62,357 nucleotides of DNA, filler included, from Bipalium vagum (GCA_037834085.1; 3 parts of 3 records of this genome joined end to end with filler, not necessarily neighbours in it); one strand, 5' to 3'; shown: positions 13,361 to 27,289, counted from the whole stretch's first letter. The notes: a model not told the origin generated them from the sequence alone. Numbers and translations are program-made.

Positions 13361-13844
13361 TGCCGAAAGCAGACATTTTTTACAGTCCATTGCGAAAAGG
13401 TATGAAAGACTTGGGAAATATTAATTTGATTTGGAACCTTCAGTGGAAATTATAGCTCCTGGCTATATGGTGGAGAACCGATCCTTTAACATCAGCTGCT
13501 CTATTGACACGAGCTCCTCTCAGTCGAGGCTGATCACGGTGGACTGGTATCAGAGCGGGATTTATTTGTCCACGTCGAAAATCCTGGGTCGCATTCTCAT
13601 AAAGCAAATATTGTCACTGTCATCAGGCAGACATGACAATAAGAACAGCAACAAGGAAAGCGACAGATACGGAGGGGACGAGCCCAGTGACAAGTTCAAC
13701 ATGATACGGAGCGTGGCCATCCTGGTGTTCGAGCTGCCGACGCCAGAAATCGATGGGGTCTATGAGTGCAGAGCCTACCGACCCCTCTCACAAAATAAGT
13801 ACCTGCACATCGACTCCGCTGTGTTAAATATCAAAGGTCATTGA
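13361..13844 (+). CDS. 3' exons of an Ig-superfamily protein (zig-8/Dpr-like second Ig domain)
   Basis: Exon 13361-13399 (ttttcag|..PKADIFYSPLRK), 44-nt intron 13400-13443, exon 13444-13844; phases are consistent. Ig core FNISC..VDWY..LVF..DGVYEC. Upstream exons not found. Confidence 0.75.
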
Positions 13845-14294
13845 TTTTAATGTTTTTGTTTTACTTTTTGGAACAAGCTTTTTTAATGACAAGCGAAAAA
13901 TACAAAAATAATTTTGTTTAAATGAATGATACACTCGGCAAACAGAAAGACATCATGCTGATCTCTCCACCCCCTCACTGTTCAATATGAGCTTAAGGGG
14001 TCGTTTTCTCATCAGGAATTTAGAGACAAAACGAAAAATATAAACATTCCAATCCGTTGAGGAAGTGGAAACGTTTTTGAAGGGTTCCATTGGGAGAGAG
14101 GAACCGTTGAGATGACCCATTTGCCAAATTACCTGAACAGCGTTGTCTTGTATGATAGGAAATTTTTCTATCGAGAATTGATCTTCAGTTTTCTAATTAA
14201 CCCTTTACGCTTACTCATAATACACGGTATATCCCAGATGACCTTGACAAGTAAAACTATAAAACAAATGGGAAAATATTAATGTATTCATGTA

Positions 14295-14787
14295 TTAGGT
14301 GTGTGAATTAATTTAGCCCGTTTGTTTTAATACTAAATATTGTTTATTTTTTCAAACTGTATTAACTTTAACTTTATTTAGTTTTACTGCGGATGTATTT
14401 AAGTAATAAATTATTGATGAAATAATAAAAATAAAATCCCGCTTAGCTGAATCAAAGATTTCATCATTTGAACCGAACAAACAACATTTCCGGAAAGTTC
14501 TAATTTTCTGCTTCCATTTGAAAAAGACGGCAGCTGAATCTCATCAAATGCTTATACAGGCTTATGGTGACAATGTTCCCATTGATAAATCATGTCGGGA
14601 ATGGTTTAGACGTTTTAAAATTGGTGACTTCAATGTCAATGACAAACCTCGTTCAGGTCAGCCAAAAAAGTTCGAGGATGACGAATTGCAGGTGCTAATT
14701 GATAAAGATCCGTGTCAATCAATAAATGAAATCCCGGAATTGTTAAGTGTTCATAGATACGCAATTAATATATTAAAGAATACATAA
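14295..14787 (+). mobile_element. Mariner (Mos1-like) 5' half: TIR plus HTH region
   Basis: TA-ttaggtgtg terminus; ORF KKTAAESHQMLIQAYGD..CREWFRRFKIGDF..PRSGQPKKFED is a typical mariner N-terminus; truncated. Confidence 0.85.
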
Positions 14788-16811
14788 TTAAGCAACGCAT
14801 TTATTCAAAATACAATCCTCGGAGTTCATTACAGTTTTGGAGCAGATATAAAATAGTCGAACCCGTTGAGGTAATCCTCTTGTACAGATTGGTGAAAAGA
14901 TGTCACAGTAACGATCATTAAACAGTACAAAATTCTATTTTTCTGTGCTATTTTAATATACTGATGAGCAAAATTGGTCGCCCCTAAAATTATTTATTTT
15001 TATAAATATATTTATATTTTAATCAAGTAAACTTAATGAAGAAAATAATAATTTTTACTCAAGATAATGCAAGTGTTTTTTCAGTGACAAGATAATATTC
15101 CTTATTCGTCACATTTGGCTCCAGGTGACTTCAACCTTTTCTGAAACCTAAAATAATTTCTCTGGAAAAAACAAAGAAGCTATTGCAGCCAGAGATCATT
15201 ATTTTGCAGACCTTCCGAAATCGTACATCAAACATGCCATAGAAATATCAGAGAAGAACTGAGCTAAGTTTCGTTGAATTGCTGGAGACCATGTCTTACT
15301 ATACATGCCTTATACATGTCTTCATTTCTTGTGAGAGGCTAAAAGATTTTTTCATTAATATAAAGTATTAATTAGACACTGCAATATATCAATATATTGT
15401 GATCGATTTTTCTGTCAATTGAATAAATAATATATATTATTAAAAAAAATCATTGTTCTCAAATTTCTGACCCTAACCCTGTACAGGAGCGACCATTTCC
15501 AAAATAATAGATCAAGCAAGGTAATGGGTCACACTATTCGTTGTAAAAAAAAGGAAAGAAAATAAGATGACGAAAATCAGTTTTGTGTTGCCATGGGAAA
15601 TTTTGATGATGACGAATAAAGAAAAGTTTGTGAGTCACTGCTAATCAAAAAGGTGAACCGGAAATTAATTCACAAATTGCAGAAGGTGAACCAATCAATG
15701 GTCAATTTCTCCTTAATTAGCTTTTGTTTTAAATTTTAAAAAATATCCAATAATAATGAAGATAGATTATAAAAAAAATCCTCAAGACTTTTGGTCATAA
15801 TATTAAAATTGTCTGAAGGAAGTCTGAATAAAAAAGATCGAAACATGTTTGAAGATCGAATTATAATCAATAAAATTTATTACTTTCACAAAATTGGTTA
15901 CTAAAAATCGTGTATTAAAACAAATATGAAATATAATTATTTCATCGGTCGCGAGGTTGGTGTCTAGATTAATACTTCGCGAAGTAATATTCTTTCCCGA
16001 AAGGGGAACCGTTTCCAGAACGTTTTACTGAATTTGGATTCAAACCGTTTCCAGGTCATTTTTGCTACTGATACATGAGGAGAAAGGAGAATGGATATTG
16101 TTACGTGATACTTTCCCGGGATCATGCATTAATTATGGCTGTACGAGGGTAATTTGGCAAGAGAAAGCAACCACGAGCACGGTTGGGTTCACTTATCGGT
16201 CGGCAGGTCTTGAAACGATTAATAGTAGTAATAATAATATTATTTTTTATTTTATTTTCTCCGTAATAATTTCGCAACAGTTTCCCAACATTCCGATTGC
16301 GCTGAGGCTGTCCCAGTTTAATAAAACAAATAATTTTCCCGAAAAACTTTCGGTCTCCTTCTTTTCCACATTGCTTGTTGATGTTGTGATTGATTTTATT
16401 TTATTTATTTTTTGGCAATTCAGTTCTGCCAAAATATGAGCAAGACAACATTTCGAGGAGACACGACTTTCCAACGAGAAACGACTGGACGTTGCCGAGC
16501 CCAAAGCTTTCGTTGAAGCAGGGAAACAATCAATTACAAAATGATGGTTGGAGCTTTGATAATTCAGTCCATAAATTAAAACAACTCTGACTTTTATTAT
16601 TTTCTTTTTCCTAAAAGTCCTCAAATTAAATACTTTCCCATTTTACGATCAGGTTCCATCATGTACGGAAAGCCCGAACGGATGCGGCCATTTCGCGAGG
16701 ATAATTTATTTAATTTGTTTTAATTAATGAACAAAATTAATTCTACCGCTGAACCATTTAAATTTATTCTGTAATTTAATTTAATTAGCATAATAAATGA
16801 TAATAATAACA

Positions 16812-16911
16812 NNNNNNNNNNNNNNNNNNNNNNNNNNNNNNNNNNNNNNNNNNNNTTAATTAATTAANNNNNNNNNNNNNNNNNNNNNNNNNNNNNNNNN
16901 NNNNNNNNNNN
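16812..16911. other. Artificial 100-bp contig-joining spacer N44-TTAATTAATTAA-N44
   Basis: Exactly symmetric; the 12-mer has stops in all six frames; identical copy at 39486-39585. Confidence 0.95.
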
Positions 16912-17198
16912 GTGATTTCTATCTGTTCTCGCATCTCAAGAAGGCTCTAAAAGGTCGAAGATTTGCAAACCAAGAAGAACTGAAGCTCGGCACTGAGGAA
17001 TTCTTTGGAAATTGTTTGTCAGAATTTTATAAAAAAGCTTTGAAAACCTTCCTAACCGTTGGCAAAAATGTATTGAGGCCTTAAGAAGTTATATAGAAAA
17101 ACGAATAATATTTTATGTCTTGTAACTTTTCATGTAATTTTTATACTATTTTAATTGTTCCTTCGGCTTCATTCTAGATACTTTTTGACGTCACCACG
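16912..17198 (+). mobile_element. Mariner 3' end
   Basis: DFYLFSHLKKALKGRRF motif, and a TIR ending actttttgacgtcaccacg-TA. Confidence 0.75.
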
Positions 17199-17399
17199 TA
17201 GTTACTGATTTTTTTATAATTTAAATAATTGTATTGCACCGTTTTCACCTCTCTTTTGACAACGTTAAGGTTATTTTTGACATTATAAAAGTCTATTTTG
17301 ACAAAATGTTAATTACAACAGGTAAACAGGTGTTTATAAATAAATCAAAATATAATTCAATTATAAATACATTTATTCATTAATAATTTCCTTGTTCAA

Positions 17400-17920
17400 C
17401 ATCTTGGAATGTATGAAGTCATAGAAACCGTAGAAATCTTAACTTTTAATAAGTCTTGACCCATTATTTATAAGTTCCATTAAAGATTCTTCCTTTTCTG
17501 GTCTCTCTGTTCGTAAAAATTTTTTCAATTTTGAAAACAAATTTCAATGGGTTTTAAAAAAGGTGAGTATGGAGGTAAAAATAATAAACTGAAACCTTTT
17601 TTCACTCAAATCAATTCCCTTATTCTTGAGGTTTTATGGAAAGGAACATTGTCCATTATTAAGACCGATTTCGTATACATATTTTTTAAAAGCAAACCTA
17701 TTAGTTTTTCTATATATTCCAAAAAAAGTCACTATTAAAAGGACGAGTCTGAGCAGTATAATAAAATAAAGATTTCTTATTCATTGCATAACAAACAGAT
17801 ATGTTTCTTGATCTTAAAGATTGGACAACCCGAATAGGTTTTTCCCTTTAAAAGATCGACCTCTCTTAGCTTTCATGCGTACATTAAAGCAAACTTCGTC
17901 AATAAAAAATACTTACTTTC
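17400..17920 (-). mobile_element. IS630/Tc1-like (DDE_3) transposase relic
   Basis: Minus-strand FIDEVCFN, MDNVPFH and LPPYSPFLKPIE motifs. Confidence 0.7.
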
Positions 17921-20799
17921 AGAAACTGTAAGTAATATTTAACCAATTATTGTACTGTTTAATATTATTTTTTAAAATTGTTTTAGCTTCCTTTAAACTT
18001 GTACTTTCTTTTTAATTTTTTAATAAAACATCTTTAAATAATGCATTAATTTAAAATTACTTTAAAATTTATTTTTATAAATATCCTTACAATATTAATG
18101 GTAAAATTGATAATATAATAATAATTAAAATTGATTACACTAATTTAAAAATTAATTAACTCGGAAAAAAATTATCAATAAAAATAAAAAAAACACTTGA
18201 AGATTTCTTTCATTCTTAATTTAGAAAAAATAATATTTTGCATATCTGTTGCATATCTTTTGCATAGTTGTTTTTATTTCTTACTTTAAATAATTAATGT
18301 TCAAAACTAAATAAATAAGCAAAATGATAATTAAAGGAATAAATTATATTTAATTTTTATATTAATATTTATGTAATTATATAATAAATAATAACAACAA
18401 CAATGTGTAGAAAGTAAATAAATAAATAATACAATAATAATTATTAATAATAATAATTTTAATGAAATGAATAATATTTTTATTTACAAAATAAAAAATA
18501 CAATAAATCAATAAATAAAATAAATAAATTTTCCAACAGAAGGAGAAAGTCAAATTATTTTCTCTACATTAAAAAAATTAAAAAATTATAATTTTAGAAA
18601 ACAAAAAAAATAAATAACGCCTTAAAATAATTCATGAAACATATTCACAGAAACTTTGAGTCAGTTGATCATCATTTATGACACGGGAAAATAATTATTA
18701 TTTCCTCAATGTTCAGGTATGTTGCCAGGGCCGATGATTGGGATATTTATTCTGGGGTGTTTTGGTTGTCAAATTTCTCTTGTTGAAACTGCCAAATTGT
18801 GACAGATGTTAAAAACGGTAAACGTTGTGTCATGTTTGTCAAGGAGTGAAAGAGGTTGGATTTCGTGTGCAGTTTTCTCGCTTCCATTTCCACTGTTGAC
18901 AACGAGAATATTTTCCCAGCTCCATTCATCCCAAAACCGAACAATAGGATGATGGGAAACAGATAACTTTTTCTTTTCACAATTTCCTGTTCTTTACAAA
19001 AAAAATTATTTACTAGAAACAATTCTCTAATAAATGTCAAAATATTTCTCTTGCTCCCAGAACTGAATCAATGTCTTTAATTTTTTATTCAGTTATATTT
19101 CCTTAATTAAATTAATAATTCCTCCAAACCTAATACGGAAACGACAATCTTGTGTGAGCTTCGTTGCTCATATTCGAGTCGATTTTGCAACCAAGGCCCA
19201 GCAAACCGAGGGAGAAAGCCAATTAAACAAATATTTAACAATAAATATAAGAGCTCTAATTAATTTTTTTATTCAAATGTCTTTTTGATGTTGGATTATT
19301 TCTTCATTGAGTAATGAAAACTTTATATATCGAGCGCAGCAGAGCTCCGAGATATTTCTCTTCATTATTTATATTATTTATTAACAACATTAAAACTTGT
19401 GGAATTCAGTTAAATTAATTAGATTTACAAGAATTATTGGGAAAATATTTCGATTTAAAAATCGATATTACAAAATACAAATTTATTTATTTATTAATAA
19501 TTAATTAATGTTTATCGTTTTTTTCCTAAAAAATAATTTTCTTATGATTTCCTTATATTTTTATATTTATTTATTAAATTTAAATTTATTGTTGAAAGGA
19601 AAATCTTTGAGGTTATTGATTTGTTAATTATTAATTAATTCATGGTTGTTTATCTTGTTATTGGTTTTTCAATAATTACTGTGAATTTGATTGGTTAATT
19701 TTTCATGGTTAGTGCAAAAGTTCAATTTAATAGAATTGTAATTTAAACATTATTACTTTTTTATAATTTAAAATAATCATGAGTTATTTATGTTGAATTA
19801 TCTGTCGATTATTGATTGTTATTATTTTAGATTTTCTTATGAAAGTAAATCAAAAAATAAAATAACTAATTAATTATAAGACTTTTTAATTCAATTTATT
19901 TGTAAAAAAATCTTTTCAGTGAAATATGTTAATGAATTAACTTTTACATTTAAATTTTTTAATTTAATATAATGTTTTAATTTAAAATAAATATTACAAA
20001 AATTCCTTTATTTTTGTTTAAAAATATAAACCCATTTGTTATTGATATCTTTAGGCTTAACGAAGAATTTTCTATTACTTATTTTTATGACAGCCCTCTT
20101 GATTATTTCGCATTTTCCACTTGTTTTTCTGATATTCAAACAAATTTTATTTTTCTCTTAAATATTAATTACTCATTTTTATAAATTTTATAATAATTGT
20201 ACTTTTTAAATTTATTTTAAAATTTTATTTAATTAAACTTTAAAAAATATTTTTAATTTACTTAAAACTTTTGTTTTAAATTTAATATTTTTAATTAATT
20301 TATTTATTTTAAATTACATAAGAACTATAAAAATTATTTTTATTAATATCCTTACAACATTTACACGAAAAAACTGGTAAAGAGTCTGGTATCTCACTAA
20401 ATAAAATGAAGTTTTTAATAGTTTCTTTTTTTTCATGAAGTATTGTCGAGAATCTGGAATTCCATTTGATTTCATAATGCAATTATACGTACCCCATTAA
20501 AAAACACTCCAATTGTTCGTAAACCAATAGTTCATATTAAAATATTTTTAAGAGATATTGAGCAATCCATATTCCATTTTACTTTTTTAAATCTCTAAAT
20601 ACTCCTTTAAAAAAGAAAATATTTCATATATTTTGTGTAATTATTTTATTTGTAAATTCAATTATTAATATTGATTTATAAGTTATCAGGTTTTCAATTG
20701 AAAATGTGGTTCCTATAAATTGTAAATTGCTTTGTTAAAATAATTTGTTTATCTAATATGTTTGTATTTATATTATAAACCTTTTTGATGTAAAGTTTA

Positions 20800-21490
20800 A
20801 TATATATATTATTTGAATTTTTAAAATATTTTATATCAAACATGAATGATAATAAATATGGTTTACATACTTGCCTGCTGTATGATATCAAATTAGAAAA
20901 AAAGGTATCTGAATCCCACCATAGTTTGTCCAATGTATTTGGAGATGATGTTCCTTTCTTACGGTAGTGCCAACTTTTGTTTCAGTGCTTCAAAAATAGT
21001 AATTAAATCGTAGAAAAAGAATTGCATGAGAAACGTACAGGAATTATTGATAATTTGGCACTTAGAGATTACGTCGAATTGGATCAAAAGTAAACTATAA
21101 GAGAACATTCGGAGAAGTTCGGATGTCATCATTCAATCATTGCTGATCACTTGCACACCATTTAAAAGATAAACCGTTACGGAAAATTTTGCTCCTGCTA
21201 GCTCAGCGAAGCAAATAAGGCAACATGAGCCACCATGACAAAATTCTTCTCTACAATGCCAACAGCAATTGGCTTATCCATCAAGTCCATAATCACTTCG
21301 AGTGGGAAACGCATATGTTATGAAAACAATACCAAAAAGCTGAAGTGATTAAGTCCTTGTCAGCTCCCGAAACCAATGCTTTAAAGTCAGGGATTGGTCC
21401 ATTTTGAGGTGCTGTAAAAGAGTCAGACGGTAAATGCGGATCTGTACTCACAAAAATTAGGTCACGTGGACCAAGCGCTGCGCATTTAGG
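20800..21490 (+). mobile_element. Decayed, internally deleted mariner
   Basis: HTH remnants (GDDVPFLR..; EKFGCHHSIIADHLH). No catalytic domain seen. Confidence 0.5.
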
Positions 21491-22072
21491 GTACCAGTAC
21501 AAAATAAAAAATAAGTAATAAATAATAATTCTCCTTAATAACACTGCTGTTATATTATAGTTATTTTATTTGTAAATTATTTATTTTTAATTTACGTAAT
21601 AAGAATGTAAATTTTTTCTTAATACTTTTAAAAATAAAATTTAAAATGATATTTAACTAATAATTTTCTTAATGTACTCATTATGTGTTCTTCAGGACTA
21701 TTGATCTTGAATATTGATCTTGCCAATTTATATTTAATTCTATTATTCTTCTTCAATATAATAATTACCAATTTTATTATTATTAATATTATTATTATTC
21801 TATTACCATTATTTTTGATTGATATTTATTCACTTCTTTTTTGACATTTGATATAAATAATTCAAAAGAACTGAATTATTAAAAAGTGATAGACTTTTTT
21901 TTCTCTAATAAAATATAGTATTATCAATTAATTATAATTATATTATTATAAAATATAATTTAATTTATTAATTTTATGATAAATATTTTTTGAAATTAAT
22001 TCAAAAAAAATTATTTTTTATACATCAATAATGAATATTAACTTTATTATTCTTTATTTCTAGGCAACAGAA

Positions 22073-24706
22073 ATGTTAGAGATTTTGGGAATTATTATCT
22101 TTTACTTTCTGGGTAATACTCATTCAGTGACGTTTAAAGTCATAGAAGAAAGCTTGGAGGACACGATTATAGGAAATATTGGTCACCTTCATTCATCATT
22201 TAGCAAAGCATCATACTTTCTCAACAGTCCCTTTCTGAAGGTATCGGACAAAGGTGACTTAATCTTGAATGTCCGGATTGACCTGGAAACGATCTGCAGT
22301 CAGTATGAGGTATGTTGCGGGGAAATAGAATGTGTCGTAAAATCGACCATCATTGCCAAGGATAAGTCCAGTGAGCAGTCAGAAACAATAAACATTCTAT
22401 TAAGTATATCCGACAAGAATGACAATGCTCCGCGGTTTGCCAAACCAAAACAGATCATCCAAGTTGCCGAAAATGAACAGATCGGATTTTATTTGTATTT
22501 GGAACAGGCTCACGATGCAGATGTCAATCCGTTGAACAAAATATCTCAATACGTTTTCAGGGAGCCCACTTCAACATTTGAATTGGACCAAAGTCGGCTT
22601 CCGTCGATAGGTCTCATTGTTAAAAGACCTTTAGATTTTGAAGTCAAATCTACATACACGGCCGAATTAGAAGCCTGTGACCTAGCCAAACAATGTGGTA
22701 CTCAGAGCTTGGAAATTCAAGTGCAAGACAGAAATGACAACTTCCCAACATTTATCAAACAGGATTATGAGATTGAGATTTTGGAAAATTTTCCTGTCGG
22801 CCAGCAGATCCTGAAAGTGGAAGCAATTGATAAGGACTCAAATTTGTTTAACAAAATCATATATGGTTTCCATGAACTGGGAGACAGTAATTTGAAGAAT
22901 ACCTTCATAATAACGGAAAATACGGGCTCCATTAAGCTGTTGAAGAAACTGTCAGCACGAATCCGTCAGAATTACAAATTTAAGGTGTCGGCCATCGACA
23001 AAATGGCCATGTCATCTCATAAGGCTTTGGCCAACGTTTTCATTAAAGTCAAAGACCTCAACGACAACAGCCCGGTCATAACACCATTGATCGGTGATGG
23101 GAAAATAGAAATCAATGAAACCGATTCTCCCAGAGAGCTTTTCACGTTGCAAGTGACGGATAAAGATTTGGGCGCCAACGCCAATGTTTCATGCCAATTA
23201 CTCCAGCAATATGCAAACGATTTTCGTTTGGAGCTCGTTGGCAATGAGATCTATTCTCTCTCGTCCACCCGGTCATTTGATTACGAGGTCGAAAAGCAAG
23301 TCAAGGCCGTCATTGAATGCTATGACCACGGCATCCCGAGAAATACGGTTCAAAAGCCTTTCACTGTTTTCATTAAGGATATTAATGAATTTTCACCCCG
23401 TTTTGACAAAGACATTCAAAAGCTGAGATTATTGGAAAATCGACCTCCTGGATTTTTCATTATCCAAGTCAACGCCACCGATAAGGACGGAGGAGCCGTA
23501 TTGAGATATTCATTTGTGGGAGATGCTAATGTATATTTTTCTATTGATCCGGAAACAGGGGAAATCAGATCTGGTCGACGAAATTTGGACAGAGAAAGTA
23601 TTGAAAAAATGGAAATCAATATTATGGTAACCGATGCCGTTGAAAATCCCAAAGTTGGTCAGTGTACCCTTATCATTGAAGTTCTGGATGAAAATGACAA
23701 TGCTCCAAGATTTTATGACTCTTATGGAACTTTCAATATATCTGAAAACCTACCATTCCATTCCAGAGTAAAGGGAAAGATTGTGGCTACTGACGAGGAT
23801 AAGGATGAAATCAACAATAAAGTCTTCTTTAAATTATTGAAGGTTTACGATTCTAAGAACGAAGTACTGACGGAATTGATTTTTAATGTCTCTCAGATCG
23901 GTGATATCGTAACGTTGCAACGTTTAGACCGAGAAGAGAATTACAACTACACATTAGAAATCAGAGCCTACGACTCAGGCCTACCCACATTGTCAGCTAA
24001 GATGAATTTTACCATATTGATTCAAGATGAAAATGACAATGCACCAAAATGGATCAATCCTCAACCTTTTAATAATCAAAGTCCAACATTAAATATCAGT
24101 GCTAATGTTCAACCGGGTCAAATGATAATTAAATTCGAAGCCGTCGATCCGGACTTTGGAAACAATAGCTTGGTTTCCTACAGTTTGTTGAATAACAATA
24201 AACTGCTTTTCATCCTCAACCAAACCAATGGTGAATTACGCGTTGCCCGACTGTTACCGATTGGATCCATAAAGCTTCTTCTCAGAGCAACGGATTACGG
24301 AAAGCCCCCGAAGTTCTCAGAAAATAATCTGATAATCTATATCAATGGGGATGAAGTCGCTCATCTCAATATGAGTATTATTGTCGTCCTGATTGGAATA
24401 ACTGGATTTATTTCCATTTTTCTGATAATTGCAATAATCTGCGTTCGACGAGGACCACGCTACAGTAATACTGACACTATGGGCTCCCAGAATAGTTTTG
24501 AACCGCCGAAAACGACCAGTATTTACAACACAGGAACTTGGGGACATCATATTGATGAAAACCAGTACTACCCTTCAGGGAATTTTATATCCGATAATAC
24601 AAGTGTACTTTATTTTCCAAACGAGATCGAATCTTCAGTACCAATGAATACATTTGTTTCAAAATCAAATTTTCAACCCCCTTTGATAAATCAACAGAAT
24701 ATTGAT
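22073..24706 (+). CDS. pcdh: Delta-type protocadherin, coding exon 1 (signal peptide, 7 cadherin repeats, TM, juxtamembrane region)
   Basis: Six DxNDNxP/DINEFSP linkers plus a seventh repeat; Cys-rich EC1; TM IIVVLIGITGFISIFLIIAIICV. Acceptor at 22063 upstream of the ATG implies a 5' UTR exon. Donor GAT|gtaagt at 24707, phase 0. Confidence 0.95.
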
Positions 24707-25136
24707 GTAAGTTTTTACTTGGGAAAATATTGAAAAATATTGAGATCAAACTTAAATCAAGAAAAATACTCTTTTGTAAATAATGTGTTTAATGGACAAT
24801 TACTAAAATAAAATCACTCCTTGGCATCTAAAAAATATTACTAGGGTGATGCAAAAGTTCATGATCAAAAAATGTTTATAAAGAAATTCTAGATTCCAAA
24901 CAAGGTTTGTAGGTAAATGAATTGTTGCAGAGCTTTATTGTTAGCAGCTTGATCGTGTTTATGATGCATATAAGTTGAAGTATCCTGTCTGCCTTCATCG
25001 AAAGATGGAATTGTTTCTGCAGTACAATGTCAAGCGATACACTGCTCGACTAACCAAAGAAAAAATTGAAAACTTGGAAAGAGTTCAGATTTTGTCTCAT
25101 CCTGTATACAGTCCTGATGCTTCATCCTAGTATTAT

Positions 25137-25838
25137 AGGGTTCCACAAAAAAATTTCGTTTCCTATGATTACAAGCTTTATTGTTTGAATAAATCCATTG
25201 AAAACTTTATTTGAAAACCCATGTATGTATGCCTATTGAAATTTCATTTTTACATCTTTTTCAACTTTAGATGATATCACAAATTGTTATTTATTTCTTT
25301 ATTAGTACTGGTTGGCAATAATCTTTCATGCAGATTATTGCTGGTTACAGGTTGGGTAGAAGATACAATTATAAATCGTCGAAGAATTCAGTAAATAACT
25401 AAAGAATATCAAAATATTAATTGTGAAAAATATGACAGGAAATTGGTTCCGGGTGACCAAGGATAAATATAAATATAGAGAGAGTTGACGAATTGATAGA
25501 TGGTTGTGCAGCACGACATTGCAAGACCACATTTTGCTAAGGTTGTTAATGAGTGGTTTATCCAGGAGCACATTTTATTACTGAAACCTCCATAAGATTA
25601 TCCTGCCATTAACCTCTTGGACAGATTTATATTCAGAAACTATGAAGTATACCGTAAAATTCAAACGCTTACAAAAGAATTTGAGGTATTCACCATAAAC
25701 TTATAAAATATTGTTAAAGCGAACGATGATCACCCTTAAATTATACTGATTTTTCATAGATAGTTCTGTAAAATGTTATTCTATTTTCTGTAATATAATA
25801 AATGATGTGGAAAAAACCAATTTTTATGTAGACCTCTA
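25137..25838. mobile_element. Non-autonomous Tc1/mariner-type element, next to a mariner fragment at ~24840-25130
   Basis: Imperfect TIRs tatagggttccacaaaaaaatttcgtttcc / ggaaaaaaccaatttttatgtagacctctata. Confidence 0.45.
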
Positions 25839-27289
25839 TATTATTATTATTATTACTATTATTATTAATATTCAGACTTGATAAATCCCTAAAAAAAAAA
25901 CTCTTATATAAGAAGGCGATCGATATTTCCTTCGATACTTTTGATACTTTTTTTATTATATTTCTTTTTTTTTATTTTGAATTATTTTTTTTGTTTTAAA
26001 AAAATAAATAATTTATTTTTAAAAACCAATATTGAAATTTTCAAAATATTATATATATTTGTTTAAAATATTTTATAAAATATTTTTTAGTATTACAATT
26101 TTTAATATTAACTGATTGAAATAATATTTTTGACCTTTAATTTACAAAGAAAAAATGTAAAAATTATTTTTATATTATATATTATAAATATAAAAATAAA
26201 AATATTTTATACCTGAGCACGTAAAGCTATTTTAAATAATAAAAAAATAATAACAAATAATAGATTATAGATTATGGTAATAGATAATTGATAATTGATA
26301 ATAGATAATAGATAAAAGATAATAGATGATAAAAAATAAATTTTTCCTTTATTATTTAATTATTATTTTCTAACTTTTATCATTTGCAAAAACTTCCGTT
26401 TTAAAAGTTATTTAACAAATTAATTTTAATATGACAAAATTTTGTTCTTTTTTCTTTCGGCATCAATTGAAAACTTTTCTATTATTTTCCAATTATATCA
26501 ATCATGGACTAAATATAAAATATTTTTCCTACATTGTTGAAGAAATAAATTATGAATAATAAATTCGGAGACTGTTTTGAAAGAAATTTGTGAATTTGCG
26601 AAGTTTTCTTTAATTTGATAATAAAATAATAATAAAAAAAATTTATCTGATAGATATTTCAAAATGATTTATAATGTCAAATTGGTTTTGCGTTCCATGG
26701 AAAAATAATATATATTTTACCAGTTTATTATTATTATTATTTTAATAATAAATTAATTAAATTATCAATCAGGGATCACATGAGCGGGCACTGGGAATTC
26801 GAAAATAATTGGGACCTCTTTGTACTCAGCTTTTCATTGTTTTGCTGTCAGTAAAAAATAAATTAATTTTCCGGTTTATAGCCTCGAATATTAGAAAAAT
26901 TGAAATTCCTTGGATTTTTATTTAAATTACTACTTCCTTCAAACAATTTCTTTGAACTCATCGATTAAAATCTAAAGAGAGATTTATATATCATCTTTTT
27001 TTATTGATACGATTTTGGCATATATTTTTCTTCTTTTTCCTTTTCTCCCATTTGGATAAACAACAAATTTCCCCCCACAACAATGGCGATAATGTCGAGT
27101 AGCCAAATTCGAAAATCAATGCTCATTTAAAAAGTGTTAAAACAAAATTAATTCTAAAAGATCCCCTTTTCATTTGGGACATATAGTTTTTCTACGTTAG
27201 AGGATCATAAAGTTTTCTTTCCTTTTCTATTTGTTTGAATATTATAATTCTTATTTATAAAGTATAAATAATAACCATATATATTTTTA

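Noticed and set aside
16062-16624. Three overlapping ORFs (125, 125 and 66 aa)
   Set aside because: No recognisable domain and no consistent splice path; treated as non-coding, although an exon after the acceptor at ~16423 cannot be excluded.
23017-24550. Antisense and alternate-frame ORFs inside protocadherin exon 1 (also 4801-5121 and 53065-53319)
   Set aside because: Shadow ORFs of real coding sequence.
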